A stretch of DNA of 64,000 nt from Octopus vulgaris (Eukaryota). This document shows, piece after piece, positions 12,980 to 27,042 of the stretch (positions are counted from its first letter, which is position 1; each line of letters opens with the position of its first letter). A model generated the notes under the pieces. It was given only the letters and a program-made list of their open reading frames with translations. It was not told the origin of the DNA and did not search any database. The position numbers were made by a program, and so were the translations under genes. The DNA is taken from NCBI GenBank assembly GCA_951406725.2, contig OX597815.1, positions 44,578,001 to 44,642,000 on the forward strand, read 5' to 3'.

Positions 12980-13150
12980 TCTATGTGTATCTCTTATTTA
13001 GTACGATGGATGTTTCATTTATGAAGACGTACTCCTCTATTTGTCTGAGTCTTGGATTCATCGGGTGTTTGGATACAATGCAAGATGCCAAGCCGACCCA
13101 GTGTGCCTCCATCTTGGTCTCTGGCATATTGATAGAGTATGGAGGACTGT
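12980..13150 (-). pseudogene. Penelope-like GIY-YIG endonuclease C-terminal fragment
   Basis: Minus strand SSILYQYARD...IVSKHPMNPRLRQIEEYVFINETSIVLNKR resembles the R-x-x-x-E...LN tail of PLE GIY-YIG domains. Confidence 0.55.
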
Positions 13151-13184
13151 TTTTGTTGTCATATTGTCTTAAATTTTCATGTAG

Positions 13185-13712
13185 TCTCTCTTTTTCTCAC
13201 TCTTTCTTTTTGTCTCTCTCTATATCTCTTTCTGTCTCTCTGTCACTTTCTGTATCTTTATCTCTCTCTGTCTATCTCTCTATCTGTCAATTTTCGCTCT
13301 CGTATCCTTTCTCTTTCTCTCTCTTCCTATCTCCCTTTTTCTCTCTCTTTCTCTTTCTCCTACGTTCTCTCTTTTTCATCTTTCCCCCCCTTTCTTTCTT
13401 CCTCTCTCTTTCTTTTTATCTCTCCTTCTCCTTTCTCGCTTTCTCTCTATTTCCCTCTCTCTTTCTCTTTCTCCTACGTTCTCTCTTTTTCATCTTTCCC
13501 CCCTTTCTTTCTTCCTCTCTCTTTCTTTTTATCTCTCCTTCTCCTTTCTCGCTTTCTCTCTATTTCCCTCTCTCTTTCTTTATGTATCTCTCCTTCCGTC
13601 ATCTATCGCTCTCTCTCAGTCTCTCTTTGTCTCTCTCTTTTTTTTCTCTCTCTCTTTACGTCTCTCTCTCTTCCTGTCTCTCTCTTCTTCTGTCTGTCTC
13701 TCTTTCTTTCTG
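13185..13712. repeat. Polypyrimidine (CT-rich) tract with ~114-bp tandem duplication
   Basis: Unit 13341-13454 is repeated at 13455-13567. Confidence 0.9.
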
Positions 13713-14176
13713 TCACGGCGGGACTTAGTTGCCAACCCAATATATAAAAAAATACAAGAATGGACAAGAACGCAAAACATCCAGACAGTTAGCTGATACA
13801 AAAAAGGACAAAACATCCAGACAGACGATAAAAAGAAAACAAGGATGGGTCATTCGGAGTTTTGTTTCCTTAGTCAAGTTCCAGCTTATCTTTGCAATTT
13901 CGGCTGGTTATACACGAGATTGCTCCAATCTAGCCAACCCCAAGGAAAAATTAAGTTAAGAGCATTAGATTCCTTGGAAGAAAGCAGCGAATGTATAGGA
14001 AAACAAGGATGGAAAAAACGGAGAATTGTTACACAAGTAAAAATGCAAATAACAGGACATAACAACAGGTGTCTTTCGACTAAGGATGAATTAAATTAAA
14101 CAGGCGTGTGTGGAAGTAAATATTTACGGCATGGACATAAGATTTGACAGGCACAGGGAGGAATATTTATGTTGAC

Positions 14177-14232
<56 letters not shown>

Positions 14233-14394
14233 AATTATTACGCAAAAATTTCTTATATACATACGCTGACATAGAACCAACGTTGAACCCTTTATCGCAA
14301 TATTACCGAATCTGGAACTTAACTATGGTCTGTCTATAGCACTTATTCAGCATTACCTGACACCTTTGGGTCTCAATGACACTATTATCAACTG

Positions 14395-14523
14395 TCTTCT
14401 TTCAGTTTCCGTTTACCAAAACCACTCACAAGGCTTTGTTCGGCCCGAGACTATAGTAGTGCGACTGAATCCGGGATCATGTGGTTAGGAAGTAGGCTTC
14501 TTACCACACAGCCACTCCTATGT
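14395..14523 (-). mobile_element. SINE family B 5' fragment
   Basis: cttctttcagtttccg...accacacagccactcct matches the family-B head. Confidence 0.7.
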
Positions 14524-15086
14524 CTGTGAATATTGTTATTTATCCTAGTTGCAACAGTTCTGATGATGACGATGATGATGATGATGATGATGGGGGCGGG
14601 GGATAATGATGTTGTTGTTGCTGTTGACAGCTCTAGTAGCTGTTGTAGCCTACGTACTTCAGTATTTCCGTTGGAAATACCACAAGAATTGTTATATATT
14701 TTTCTTTTCGTCTTTAGTTATTCTCTGCTCACCAACTGCACTGCCATCACCTCTCCCCCCTCTCTCTCTATCTATCTGTTTATCTACCTATCAATCTCTT
14801 TAGCTATCTATCTGTCTGCCTGTCTGTCTGTCTATGTATCTCTCTATCTATATCTTTGAAACTGGAAGTAAATACCTTATCATACAAAGAGATAAAATGA
14901 ATAATCTTTTGACTTGTCATTTACAGGAAGAGTTGTTTATTTTATTGTTGTTTTTCTTTTAGCTTTTTGTTTAAATTTTGTTTCTAATTGTTTTTAGTAT
15001 TTATTGTGTACACGAGTATTGTGCTTAACGCCACTTGTCCCTCGGGTCGAATTTTCTCTATTTGTTTTGTTTTCGCCCATGGACAG

Positions 15087-15290
<204 letters not shown>

Positions 15291-16098
15291 ATTCAGTAGT
15301 TTTATTTTTATAGCGTGCTTTCACTTCACTACCGAGCGCAGCTCTGTGTGCCTTATGTATGTGCTGAGATTTGTTGTGATGCTCTGATGGTTATTGTATG
15401 GAAAGTGTGCAGTGCCTAGTAGTGCAATTTTCTGTATGTTATATGTGTTTGTAAGTCCTGGTGTTTTTGTTATGTATTTGTCTCAATATTTTTTTTATCA
15501 TGCCTAATGCACCTACTATGATAGGAATTGTTTCTGTTTTTAGATTCCACATTCTGGTTACCTCTATTTCCAGGTCTTTGTATTTTGAGAGTTTCTCCAT
15601 TTCTTTTAGAGACACGTTGTCATCTGCCGGTATTGATACATCAATTAGAAAGCATTTTTTTTCTTCATGATCTCTGACAACTATATCTGGTCTGTTGGCC
15701 TTAATTTCTCTATCTGTGTGTATCGGCATATCCCAGAGTATGGTTGCTTTCTCGTTTTCTGTGACCTTTTCTGGTGTGTGCCTATACCATCTTTTTTCTG
15801 TTGTTATTCCATAATGTTGGCATAGCTTCCAATGTATGTAGGTTCCAACTCTGTCATGTCTGTGAATATATTCCTTCTTAGCCAGGACTGGGCAGCTAGA
15901 GATAATATGATTTATTGTTTCTTGTCCATCTCCAAATATTCTGCAGTTACTTGTTATATTTCTTTTCATTACATGTTTTTGGTAATTTCTGGTGGGGAGG
16001 CTTTGGTCTTGTGCTGCAATTAAAAATCCCTCTGTCTCTGCTTTGAGTCCTGAGCTTCTCAACCATTGCTGGGATTTTTCTTTGTCTATTTCTTTTGC

Positions 16099-16101
<3 letters not shown>
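15291..16101 (-). mobile_element. R4/Dong-clade retrotransposon, 5'-truncated, inserted in (TAA)n
   Basis: ORF 15439-16062: ETEGFLIAAQDQSLPTRNY, CRI..ETINHIISSC, RHDRV, ANRPDIV, IDVSIP, KLSKYKDL, PIIVGALG; TAA runs on both sides. Confidence 0.9.
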
Positions 16102-16150
<49 letters not shown>

Positions 16151-16710
16151 GAGTGAGAGAGCAGTTCATGCCATCAAAGTGACACTGGGGTAAAATATAC
16201 GAAGCCCAATATACCCATCATGACTACCCGTCTGATAAGGGTACACCAGGCACATGCATCACAACCATATGTGCGCGACATGGTGATCTCATATCAAGAT
16301 AAACAGCACATGACCTTGCAGGTGGGGCCCAGTTAGAATTTTCTTCAGGTTGAGTAGCCCATCCCGCTCAAAAGGTCCCTGAATAAGGATTGTTTAAGGA
16401 TGTTGAAAGAACCAGCCATGTTTCCAGAGGTGAATTATTCAAACCCCAAAAAGAATCCCTCTCAACACATGGCTATGATGCTCCCCCACTACTTCTGCTC
16501 GTGATCAGAGATGCACATATCGTCAGCCACTAAGGGACATGCTCAACTGGTTAAGGTCAAACAACTGACAAGCAAATCTGTGGTATTGAGCAGAATATTT
16601 GTTGTAGCCCATCTTTTATACCAAGACAAAACAATGTACATGATAACACTTCCAATCAATTAAGATCAGAAGCCATGAGAGCCACTGCCTGGTACTGCAT
16701 CAGGGCATTT
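16151..16710 (-). mobile_element. Unclassified ~560-bp non-coding element in (TAA)n
   Basis: TAA runs on both flanks; near-identical partial copy at 18170-18444 sharing the same end. Confidence 0.7.
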
Positions 16711-16725
16711 ATTATATTATTATTA

Positions 16726-17340
<615 letters not shown>

Positions 17341-17433
17341 GAGACGGCTGTCCTTATGGAAAAATTTGAAACCATTGTTGTTGTTGTTCTTCTTCTTCTT
17401 CTTCTTCTTCTTCTTCATCATCATCTTCTTCTT

Positions 17434-17517
<84 letters not shown>

Positions 17518-17518
17518 G

Positions 17519-17735
17519 AGGCAGCGAAATGGCAGAATCGTTAGCTAGCCGGGCCAAATGTTTAGCCGCATTTCGTCCGTCCCTACGTTTTGAGTTCAAA
17601 TTCTGCCGAGGTCGACGTTGCCTCTCATCCTTTCGGGGCCGATGAGATAAGTACAAGTTGAGTACTGGGGTTGATATAATCGACTAGGCCCCTCCCACCA
17701 AATTTTAGACCTTGTGCCTATAGTAGAAAATATTA
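17519..17735 (+). mobile_element. SINE family A variant
   Basis: ggcagcgaaatggcagaatcgttagc head, core, tail gccttgtgcctatagtagaaa-type; follows (CTT)n(TTA)n. Confidence 0.75.
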
Positions 17736-17744
17736 TTATTAGTA

Positions 17745-17985
17745 TCATTCAGTTGTCTTATTTTTATTGCATGGTTTCACTGTACTAACGAGCACAGCTC
17801 TGTGTGCTTTGGGTATGAGCTGTGGTTTGCTGTGATGCTCTTATTGTTACTGTATTGAAAGTGTTTTACGTAGGCTGTGTATAGTGCCCAGTAGTGCAAT
17901 TTTCTGTATGTTATATATATTTGTAAGTCCTGGTGTTTTTGTTATGTATTTGTCTGAATATTTTTTTATCATACCTAATGCGCCT
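17745..17985 (-). mobile_element. R4/Dong 3' end, heavily 5'-truncated
   Basis: Aligns by eye with 15291-15515 (3' UTR and IGALGMIKKYSDKYITKTPG). Confidence 0.8.
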
Positions 17986-18169
17986 ATTCTGAGTTCAAAC
18001 TTCGCCGAGCTCGACTTTGCCTTTCATCCTTTTGAGGTCGATAAATTAAGTACCAGTAAAACACTGGGGTTCATGTAATCGACTAGTCCCCTCCCGCCAA
18101 ATTTCAGGCATTGTGCCTTTAGTAGAAATGATGATGATCATTATAATTACTATTATTATTATTATTATT

Positions 18170-18444
18170 GAGTGAGAGAGCAGTTCATGCCATCAAAGTG
18201 ACACTGGGATAAAACATACGAAGCCCAATATACCCATCATGACTACCCGTCTGATAAGGGTACACCAGGCACATGCATCACAGCCATATGTGCGCGACAT
18301 GGTGATCTCATATCAAGATAAACAGCACATGACCTTGCAGGTGGGGCCCAGTTAGAATTTTCTTCAGGTTGAGTAGCCTATCCCGCTCAAAAGGTCCCTG
18401 AATAAGGGTTGTTTAAGGATGTTGAAAGAACCGCCATGTTTCCA
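18170..18444 (-). mobile_element. Truncated second copy of the ~560-bp TAA-associated element
   Basis: Near-identical to 16151-16425; TAA runs on both flanks. Confidence 0.75.
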
Positions 18445-18453
18445 TTATTATTA

Positions 18454-18596
<143 letters not shown>

Positions 18597-18893
18597 TGGT
18601 GCGTGACAATGTTAAGGTCTCAGCTGTTGGTTTTTATCTTTTTTGGCGTTGTTAGTCGCGATTTGATATTGTTGTTGTTTTTATCATCGTCGTTGTGCTT
18701 CTTCTGGTTGTCGTTCCTGACGTCGTCGTTAGCTGTTGTTGCTCTTATCATTTATGGTGTGGTTTCGGTGAGTGGCCTAAACAATTGCTGGATAAGAAAG
18801 TATTAATAACGACAGGGATGATGTCGGGTAATTGCGAGGTGGTCGTTACTTGACTTGCTCGGGTTATTGTTGTTGTTGCTGCTATTGCTGTTG

Positions 18894-18925
<32 letters not shown>

Positions 18926-19179
18926 GGTAGTGGTGGTGGTGGTGGTGGTGGTGGTGGTGGTGGTGGTGGTATTGATGGTGCTGGCGGTATTAGTGACTAT
19001 GATAAGACTCAGGTATTCAACTAGAGAATTTCAAGCAGTAGCTAAATACTTCAAATCTATTTTGGGTTTTTATTTTGTTTTAAATTTTCAGTTTTATATG
19101 TTTATATACACACACATACACACACACACACACACACACATATGTTTATATATATACATATGTTTGTGTGTATATATAT

Positions 19180-19216
<37 letters not shown>

Positions 19217-19684
19217 CATGCACATACACACATATTATTTACATTAGTTCCTTTTTAAATAAATATGAGCGCGTTGTTTCTGTATGTTTGTGCGTGTGTA
19301 TGTATATGTGTATATGTGTACGTATTTGTGTTTGTAGAGTGGGTGCAGTGTTGGAGCGGGGAGTGATATATTACTCGAAATATGAAGAGCTGACATCGAG
19401 GGTCATCACAGCAAACAGATACTGTTCTTTTGGCCTTATCGCAGATATAGGCTTATCGAGATTGGAAGAAGAGTATGATTCACGAGCGACCAGGGGAACT
19501 GGAATGTATTTATGTGTGTATGTTTGTATGTGTGTATGTGTGTGTAATATTTTGACAGTTTTTATAGTATGTATATTTAATCTTATCAATTATTTGGTTT
19601 ATTTATCTAGGTTTCAATTTTTAATTCCCTATTTTGTATTACTTAATCTTTTGGTTGAAGGGTGGGTTTCATTCGATGCGATTC

Positions 19685-19727
<43 letters not shown>

Positions 19728-19740
19728 GCTAATTCTGTAT

Positions 19741-19952
19741 TACTCTTATTACTCTTTTACTCGTTTCAGTCATTTGACTGTGGCCATGCTCGAGCACCGC
19801 CTTAATTCGAGCAAATCGACCCCAGGACTTATTCTTTGTAAGCCTAGTACTTATTCTATCGGTCTCTTTTGCCAAACCGCTAGGTTACGAGGACGTAAGC
19901 ACACCAGCATCGGTTGTCAAGCGATCTTGGGGAGACAAACAGATACACACAA

Positions 19953-20023
<71 letters not shown>

Positions 20024-20186
20024 CATATATACGACGGGCTTGTTTTAGTTTCCGTCTACCAAATCCACTCACAAGGCTTTGGTCAGCCCGAGGCTATAGT
20101 AGAAGACACTTGCCCAAGGTGCCACTAAACCCGTAACCATGTGGTTGGTAAGCAAGCTACTTACTACACAGCCACTCCTACGCCTA
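19741..20186 (-). mobile_element. SINE family B, full length
   Basis: High similarity to 9376-9788 with internal (CA)n. Confidence 0.85.
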
Positions 20187-20197
20187 TATGTATAGAG

Positions 20198-20250
<53 letters not shown>

Positions 20251-21614
20251 TGTGTGTGTGTGTATGTATCTGCTCATCTATCTATCTTTCTACACACAAA
20301 CACTCACACACTAATATACGCACATACAGACACATCCAAACGCGCGCACGTGCACAAAACACGTACGCACACACGCACAAGCACCCACACACACACATAC
20401 ACGCGTACACTCACATTTATATATGCCTATTAGTTAAGACACCTTACTTGAAGTGTTTCTACATTCTGACCAAAAAAGAAATCCATTTTAACCCTATATC
20501 GTTCAATACGGTTTGAATGAAACCATTCGGTACATTTATTATTAAGAATATCTTAATCCGCACACCCAGTTTTCAGCAGTGTTTTGTGCAACATATATAT
20601 AGTGATGGACGCATGTATTGGAGCATTGTAATAAAATTATGAAAATGTATAATCTAAAGAACATATAATTTTTAAACTGTAAATTTTAACATCGTCAGCT
20701 TTTAAGCATAAGCGAATGCCTTTGGGCATACATAAACATGTGCTTCGTGTGGCTTCTATTACATGATTGTTAAGTGTCTAAGCCTTGAATAGTGTTACGC
20801 GTATATGTTTATATGTGTGTAGGCAAGTGTATATTTTTGAAAATAAATATATGGTGGCCTGGTTGTTTACATTAGTGCTGCCACTACCGTCACGATGAGG
20901 TTTTCCTGTCGCATCAGAGGCAGTTATCTTGCAAAGTATGTGAATATTGCACATTGCTATTTGTCAAAATATATAAACAATTTAAAAACGTCGAAAGACA
21001 AACCTTTCAGGAGTCACGGGTTTCGTTCAATAAGAGCAAAAGATTATCAGTTTGGTCGCGTTTCCCTTGAACTAATCTACATGCGTTAATGCATTGCATT
21101 ATGGTATGCAAATTAGTAGCTCCTATCCCCTGGGGCTTCTGGATGTGTAATATGTATAAATAGATAGGGTATTTGTTTCTACAAGATTAGTCAAATGATG
21201 TAGGCACAAGGTTTGCAAATCAATTAAGGATGCTCATTAGTTTCTTAGATCTATGGAGAACTAGCTAAATTTGTCATGTTTAATTATCTGCTGTGTAGCC
21301 CCGAAGTGGAACACTTAAAAATAAATGATTATCACCGTAATTTAATTAATTATTTAATTGTTATCAAGTTTGCCAAACTTAGCAGCGTCAAATAAATATG
21401 TATTTAAAATCATGATTTATTTATATGATTGAAATAAAAACTAAAGATTATTTATTCATGGAATTTCTCGCTATCTTGCTTAAGCAGATAAGACCCCAAA
21501 TTTCACCAGTTTAGGTCATCAGTCTATTATTACAGGTAAATTTACCTCCAGAAGGGTTTGAGTTTAGCAATAAAAGCGAAAGATATCTTTTCAAATTTAT
21601 GACCTGTATTTAGA

Positions 21615-21969
21615 CTACTAATACACTGTATGCACCGTTTGTTTGTTTGTGAGGTCCGTGGACAAGATATCTCAAGAATCACTGTATGGATTCGGATGAA
21701 ACTTTCAGGGATGTTTGGCTTCGAGACTGGTACGAACTGATTAGAATTTGGGATCGATCTGGAACCGGACAAGGATTCTGGATGAATTTTTCCTGTTTTT
21801 TTTTTACTGAATTTTCGAGAGCGCTCGGGTTCATTTTTAGTATTCTCGTTTGTGAGAGCAGTCGAGTTTATTTCAGATATTCTAATTTTAAAAATCATCT
21901 CTGGCTAATCGTTGAGGGGAAGTTGGTGTTGCCTTGGGGGAGGTTTGCGATCTCTGAGTGCTCTTGTTA
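21615..21969 (+). mobile_element. Helentron-associated (HINE/DINE-1-like) non-autonomous element
   Basis: (GTTT)n near the 5' end; 3' end ccttgggggaggtttgcgatctctgagtgctcttgtt (subterminal IR, small hairpin, TT); second copy at 23730-23972. Confidence 0.6.
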
Positions 21970-22649
21970 TTATTATTATTAGTTTGTTAGCATTTATCGT
22001 TGTATTTGTTGTACCCAATCTACATTTTATCAGGGTATGAAGGAATATCATTGTAAAATATTTAAGGAATTCTATCATTTCAAGGTAGCCCGTCACTCAC
22101 TTTATCTTTCTTTCCCTTTTCTCATTATCTCTCTTTCCCCTCTCTCTCCCTCTTTCTCTCCCTCTCTCTCTCTCTCTCTAGATATTTGTCTATCTCCACC
22201 ACCATCCCTTTCTATTCAATCAACGGTGCATCACACATACACACTCATAGGCACACACACACACATAATACGTGTGTGTGTGAGTGTGTGTGTGTGTGTT
22301 TGCATGGAAGGATGTATGCGCGCATTAATGACAGCGCACGGGTATTTCTGCATGTATGGGTGAGATTTTTTCTTACAATATTCGTTGTTAAAACATTTTT
22401 CCTAAACAAAATATTTTTAACAAAAATCTACACGAATGTCACGCCCCCACCCCTACACACACATACTACATACACAAGACTTTATTTCCTTATAACTTTC
22501 AGATATATGGATATTTTAAAATGAACTTTTCTACAAATACGCATTTATTGGAATTTGTGAAAAAATTTTGCGAGTAGAGGGGAGAACAGTTTAGGAAAAT
22601 TCACACGAATCGGTTTTGTTTTCTTATAACTTTCAGAAAATTGAACGTG

Positions 22650-22807
22650 CAGGACTAGCTGTGTGGTAAGCAGATTGCTTACCAACCACATGGTTCCGAG
22701 TGCAGTCCTACTGCGTGGCACCTTGCGCAAGTGTCTTCTACTATAGCCTCGGGCCGACCAAAGCCTCGTGAGTGGATTTGGTAGACGGAAACTGAAAGAA
22801 TCCCGTC

Positions 22808-22890
<83 letters not shown>

Positions 22891-23113
22891 TGTGTGTGTG
22901 TGTGTTTCTGTGTTTGTGTGTTTGTGTTTGTTCCCCCAACATCGCTTGACAGCCGATGCTGGTGTGTTTACATCCCCGTAACTTAGCGGTTCGGCAAAAG
23001 AGACCGATAGAATAAGTACTAGGCTTACAAAGAATAAGTCATGGGGTCGATTTGCTCAACTAAAGGCGGTGCTCCAGCATGGCCGCAGTCAAATGACTGA
23101 AACAAGCAAAAGA
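22650..23113 (+). mobile_element. SINE family B, full length
   Basis: Reverse-complement match to 19741-20186; internal (TA)n(TG)n. Confidence 0.85.
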
Positions 23114-23729
23114 GATTCTTTAATGAAATTATCTATAAATAGTTTTCATGTGGAATATATTACAATCCCATCGCCGTCGTTGTCACCGCCGTCTCCATCT
23201 CATCTGTTGCCTTCGCCATCGTTGCCGCTCCGCCGCCCCGCCGCTGCCTCCGCCATCGTCTTCGCCGCCTCTCTTTTTACCGTACCTCAAAATACTGATT
23301 GATAGGAGGGTAGAGAAATCGAAGGAGAAATGATAATCATAACATATTGCTACTTCAATGGAAACTGAAAGTTAACACAAGTATTTGCGTTCGCGCTAAT
23401 GTAGTTCATTGTTGAAATATTGTATGGAGGATATTAAAATAAACGTCCAGTAAACGCCATTTGTCCTTTGGTATTCTAGAACATCATGTATTATAATCGG
23501 CACTTTTATGATTATAACTGCAACTTTACATTCGATTATTTCCTGTTTCAGCCAGCGATATGTGTTAATTTGTGTCCAAACCTATTTTTAACTAAATGTT
23601 GGACCGTTGTGCTATATTAAACAGATAGATTACCATTCTGTTTAAATATGGAGACGACCATACAAACGATAGATGTTAAAATATTTTATCTTGTCAATGC
23701 AAATGCAGTTAGAATAACAGTACATCTTC

Positions 23730-23972
23730 CTGACTGGCACGAACTTATTAGATTTTAGGATCGATCCGGTAACGAACAAGGATTCTGGATTATGTTTCCT
23801 ATTTTTTTAATACTTAATTTTTGAGAGGGGTCGGGTTCATTTTTAGTATTCTCGTTTATGAGAGCAGTCGAGTTTATTTCAGATATTCTCATTCTAAAAA
23901 TCATCTCTGGCTAATCGTTGAGAGGACATTAGTGTTGCCTTGGTGGAGGTTTTCGCTCTGAGTGCTCTTGTT
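23730..23972 (+). mobile_element. Helentron-associated element, 3' part
   Basis: Matches 21725-21969. Confidence 0.6.
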
Positions 23973-24209
23973 CTGTTTGTTCTATAACTTTTATTTTATT
24001 CCAACACAGCTGAGACAACTGCAATACGACATATTGTTGATGCTTCATGCTAAATCTACCTTAGCATAGCGAAACAAAATGAGGGCTTTTGTTTCCAGAA
24101 TTTCTGGAATTACAGACGCTTCCTGTCTCGAAGTCATTCTTTCTATCAGAAATACATTTTCTTCATGAAGAGTGATTATTTTTAAATTATTAAATAAGCG
24201 CATACTTTT

Positions 24210-24370
24210 TCGCCCGACTTCGCGTTCCGAGTTCAAATTCCGCCGAGGTCGACTTTGCTTTTCATCCTTCCGAGGTCGATAAATTAAGTACCAGTGAAAC
24301 TCTGGGATCGATGTAATCGACTAGTCTCCACCATCGACTAGTCTCCACCTTGTGCCTATAGTAGAACGGG
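24210..24370 (+). mobile_element. SINE family A partial
   Basis: gagttcaaattccgccgaggtcgactttgcttttcatccttccgaggtcgat core. Confidence 0.75.
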
Positions 24371-25445
24371 TTATTTGAAGAAATCTGTAAAACACTAATC
24401 TATACTTACGTGATACCAGATACGTAACATCAAAGTGCTAAAATGAAATATTATGATCCAGTAAATTATTTAAGAAAGTTTATTTGGAGCAATATTAGTG
24501 ATATAAATATTTGTCTTCGTCTAATTCCGTTCAAGATTGTTCTTCAGAAACACCAAATGTACACTAATTTACTGGAAAGTTATTTATAAGTGGACCAAAA
24601 TTTTTGTGAAACCTTAAATTCCATACATAATGAATGAGTATTTTTGAGTCATTAACTCTGTTCAGAACAATTTGATAGTTTCTTACGTATGATTTGTGAG
24701 ACAAAATCGATCTTAAGAGAAATATGCACAAATGAAACAACAAAAATATAAGACAGAAAATTGCTAACTTCATTTTAACACGCGAATATTTCTTTTGAAC
24801 TGGGAAATGCCTCGATACATTTATCAGCTTATCCATTGAATATTAAACTTGATACATTTGTAAAAACGTCGACATTTACAACTTTTTAACCAAGGAAGTA
24901 ATGTGAGCGTGAGATTTTCAGAGTACCCACATAGGAAACTACGGCTTCTAAGTTGATTTATTTTAAAATGTCAAACATATCTATGAGCCGTTCCTAATTA
25001 CGCCAAATTATCCTATCGCTTTCTTTCCCCCATATATGTACACAGGGAGAATGTATCAATTAGAAAACATTTTTTGACAACCTCGTAAACAACAGATTAT
25101 CCTGTTCGACAAATGCACCTGAGAACACTGGCCTAGAGAGATATTCATAAACATAAGATGTGTGTGTGTGTGTGTGTGTACTTAATTTCCTTATTTTTAA
25201 AACTGAGATATCATATGGAAAACGGTCGCTCATCTTGAGTAGATTTCTAGGATGTTTCTCACGGCGCAACGTAGACGATTAAGAGAGAATAATTCACTAC
25301 TACTTTATCTATCAACCTTAAAAGGATAAAATATGAAGTCGACCATGATGGTATTTGATGTGCAGAAATAGGGAACAAATGCAACAAGGCATTTTATGCA
25401 ATGCTCTTAGTACTCGATCAGTTTCTCATATATATATATATATAT

Positions 25446-26121
25446 ATAATATAAGGGATATTAGCCAATTGAATATGGCTAGGGACAGGGCAGGGTGCTG
25501 GGGGTGTCACTGTTGCATTTAGCCCCAGGCGAACATCAACGTCACCAGATAGGCCTGACGCCATCACGGCGTCCTCTATCTTGCAAAGGGAGATCATTCA
25601 CCAAGAAGCGGATACCACACACGGACCTAGGTTTCAAGGTGTATTGCCTATTATCAACGTGACACCCCCACCACCCTGCCCTGTCCCTAGACATATTCAA
25701 TTGGCTAATATCCCTTATATTATGGAGCAGTCACTGTCTATATCTCATTTAGAGAATTATTATTGCTGTCGAACAGATTTTCGAAATCAGTAAATGTATT
25801 TACTTGAAAATCCTTATATATATCTTGCACAGTTGGTCGTTCATCGAGAAGCGATGCCTACCACACGTTGATAATAGGCAATACACCTTGAAACGTAGGT
25901 CCGTGTGTGGTATCCGCTTCTTGGTGAATGATCTCCCTTTGCAAGATAGAGGACGCCGTGATGGCGTCAGGCCTATCTGGTGACGTTGATGTTCGCCTGG
26001 GGCTAAATGCAACAGTGACACCCCCAGCACCCTGCCCTGTCCCTAGCCATATTCAATTGGCTAATATCCCTTATATTATGGAGCAGTCACTGTCTATATC
26101 TCATTTAGAGAATTATTATTG

Positions 26122-26123
<2 letters not shown>
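25446..26123 (+). mobile_element. Non-coding retrozyme/Penelope pseudo-LTR-like element (inverted plus partial tandem arrangement)
   Basis: 25446-25661 is the reverse complement of 25864-26079 (216 bp); 25659-25767 is a direct repeat of 26015-26123 (period 356); (TA)n on both flanks. Confidence 0.8.
25859..25912 (+). ncRNA. Minimal type-I hammerhead-like motif, U3:A8 variant
   Basis: taccacacg-TTGATAA-t-agg-caataca-cct-t-GAAAC-GTA-ggtc-cgtgtgtggta; palindromic ACGT helix III; putative GUA cleavage after 25897; helix I needs a bulge. Confidence 0.55.
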
Positions 26124-26199
<76 letters not shown>

Positions 26200-26204
<5 letters not shown>

Positions 26205-26422
26205 TGTGTATGTTTGTGTGTCTGTGTTTGTCCCCCTAGCATTGCTTGACAACTGATGCTGGTGTGTTTGTGTCCCCGTTACTTAGCGGTTCGACAAAAG
26301 AGACCGATAGAATAAGTACTGGGCTTACAAAAGAATAAGTCCCGGGGTTGAGTTGCTCGATTAAAGGCGGTGCTCCAGCATGGCCGCAGTCAAATGACTG
26401 AAACAAGTAAAAGAGTAAAGAG
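26200..26422 (+). mobile_element. SINE family B 3' half
   Basis: Matches 22905-23113. Confidence 0.8.
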
Positions 26423-26453
<31 letters not shown>

Positions 26454-26464
26454 GAAACGATAAA

Positions 26465-26753
26465 CGTCGCCAGGCTCATGGGCCCGGTTTCCCGGTTTCT
26501 AAGGCGTATGTTTTCCCCCCAGCTGGACGGGACGCCAGTCCATCGCAGCGTTACTCAAGAAACAGGAAGAGATAGTGAGAGAAAGTTGTGACGAAAGAGT
26601 ACAACAGGGGTCGCCACCACCCCATGCCGGAGCCTCGTAGAGCTTTTAGGAATTTTTCGCTCAATAAACATACACAACGCCCGGTCTGGTGATCGAAACA
26701 GCGATCCTCCGACCACGAGTCCGCTGCCCCAACCACTGGGCCATTGCACCTCT

Positions 26754-26756
<3 letters not shown>
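26465..26756 (-). mobile_element. SINE family D (V-domain-like)
   Basis: Minus strand tggcccagtgg A box, gtttcgatcacc B-box-like, ctgcgatggactggcgtcccgtccag domain. Confidence 0.75.
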
Positions 26757-26797
<41 letters not shown>

Positions 26798-26929
26798 CTA
26801 ATATAGGATAAAATTTTCGAAAATTTTTTATCAGTAGCCAGCATATTAAAAGAATACCTTAAAAGGTATTGTTTATATACATACATGTGCTTGTGTGCGC
26901 GCCCGCGCCATATATATATATATATATAA

Positions 26930-26972
<43 letters not shown>

Positions 26973-27002
26973 CGTGCATGTATAAATATGTTTGCATGTG
27001 TT

Positions 27003-27042
27003 AGTCTGATAAAGGTGTATAAGCCGAAATTTAGAAATCACT
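27003..27042 (+). ncRNA. Type-I hammerhead-like motif with G8A change
   Basis: agt-CTGATAA-a-ggt-gtataa-gcc-GAA-attt-ag-aaaT-C-act: helices I, II and III can all pair; AUC triplet. Confidence 0.55.

Noticed and set aside
19420-19505. Peptide IADIGLSRLEEEYDSRATRGT resembling a kinase DFG/activation loop
   Set aside because: DIG rather than DFG, no convincing donor site, and no other kinase motifs found in the window; probably chance.
23165-23275. GC-rich CCG stretch suggesting a CpG island or exon
   Set aside because: Degenerate trinucleotide low-complexity repeat with stops in the plausible frames.
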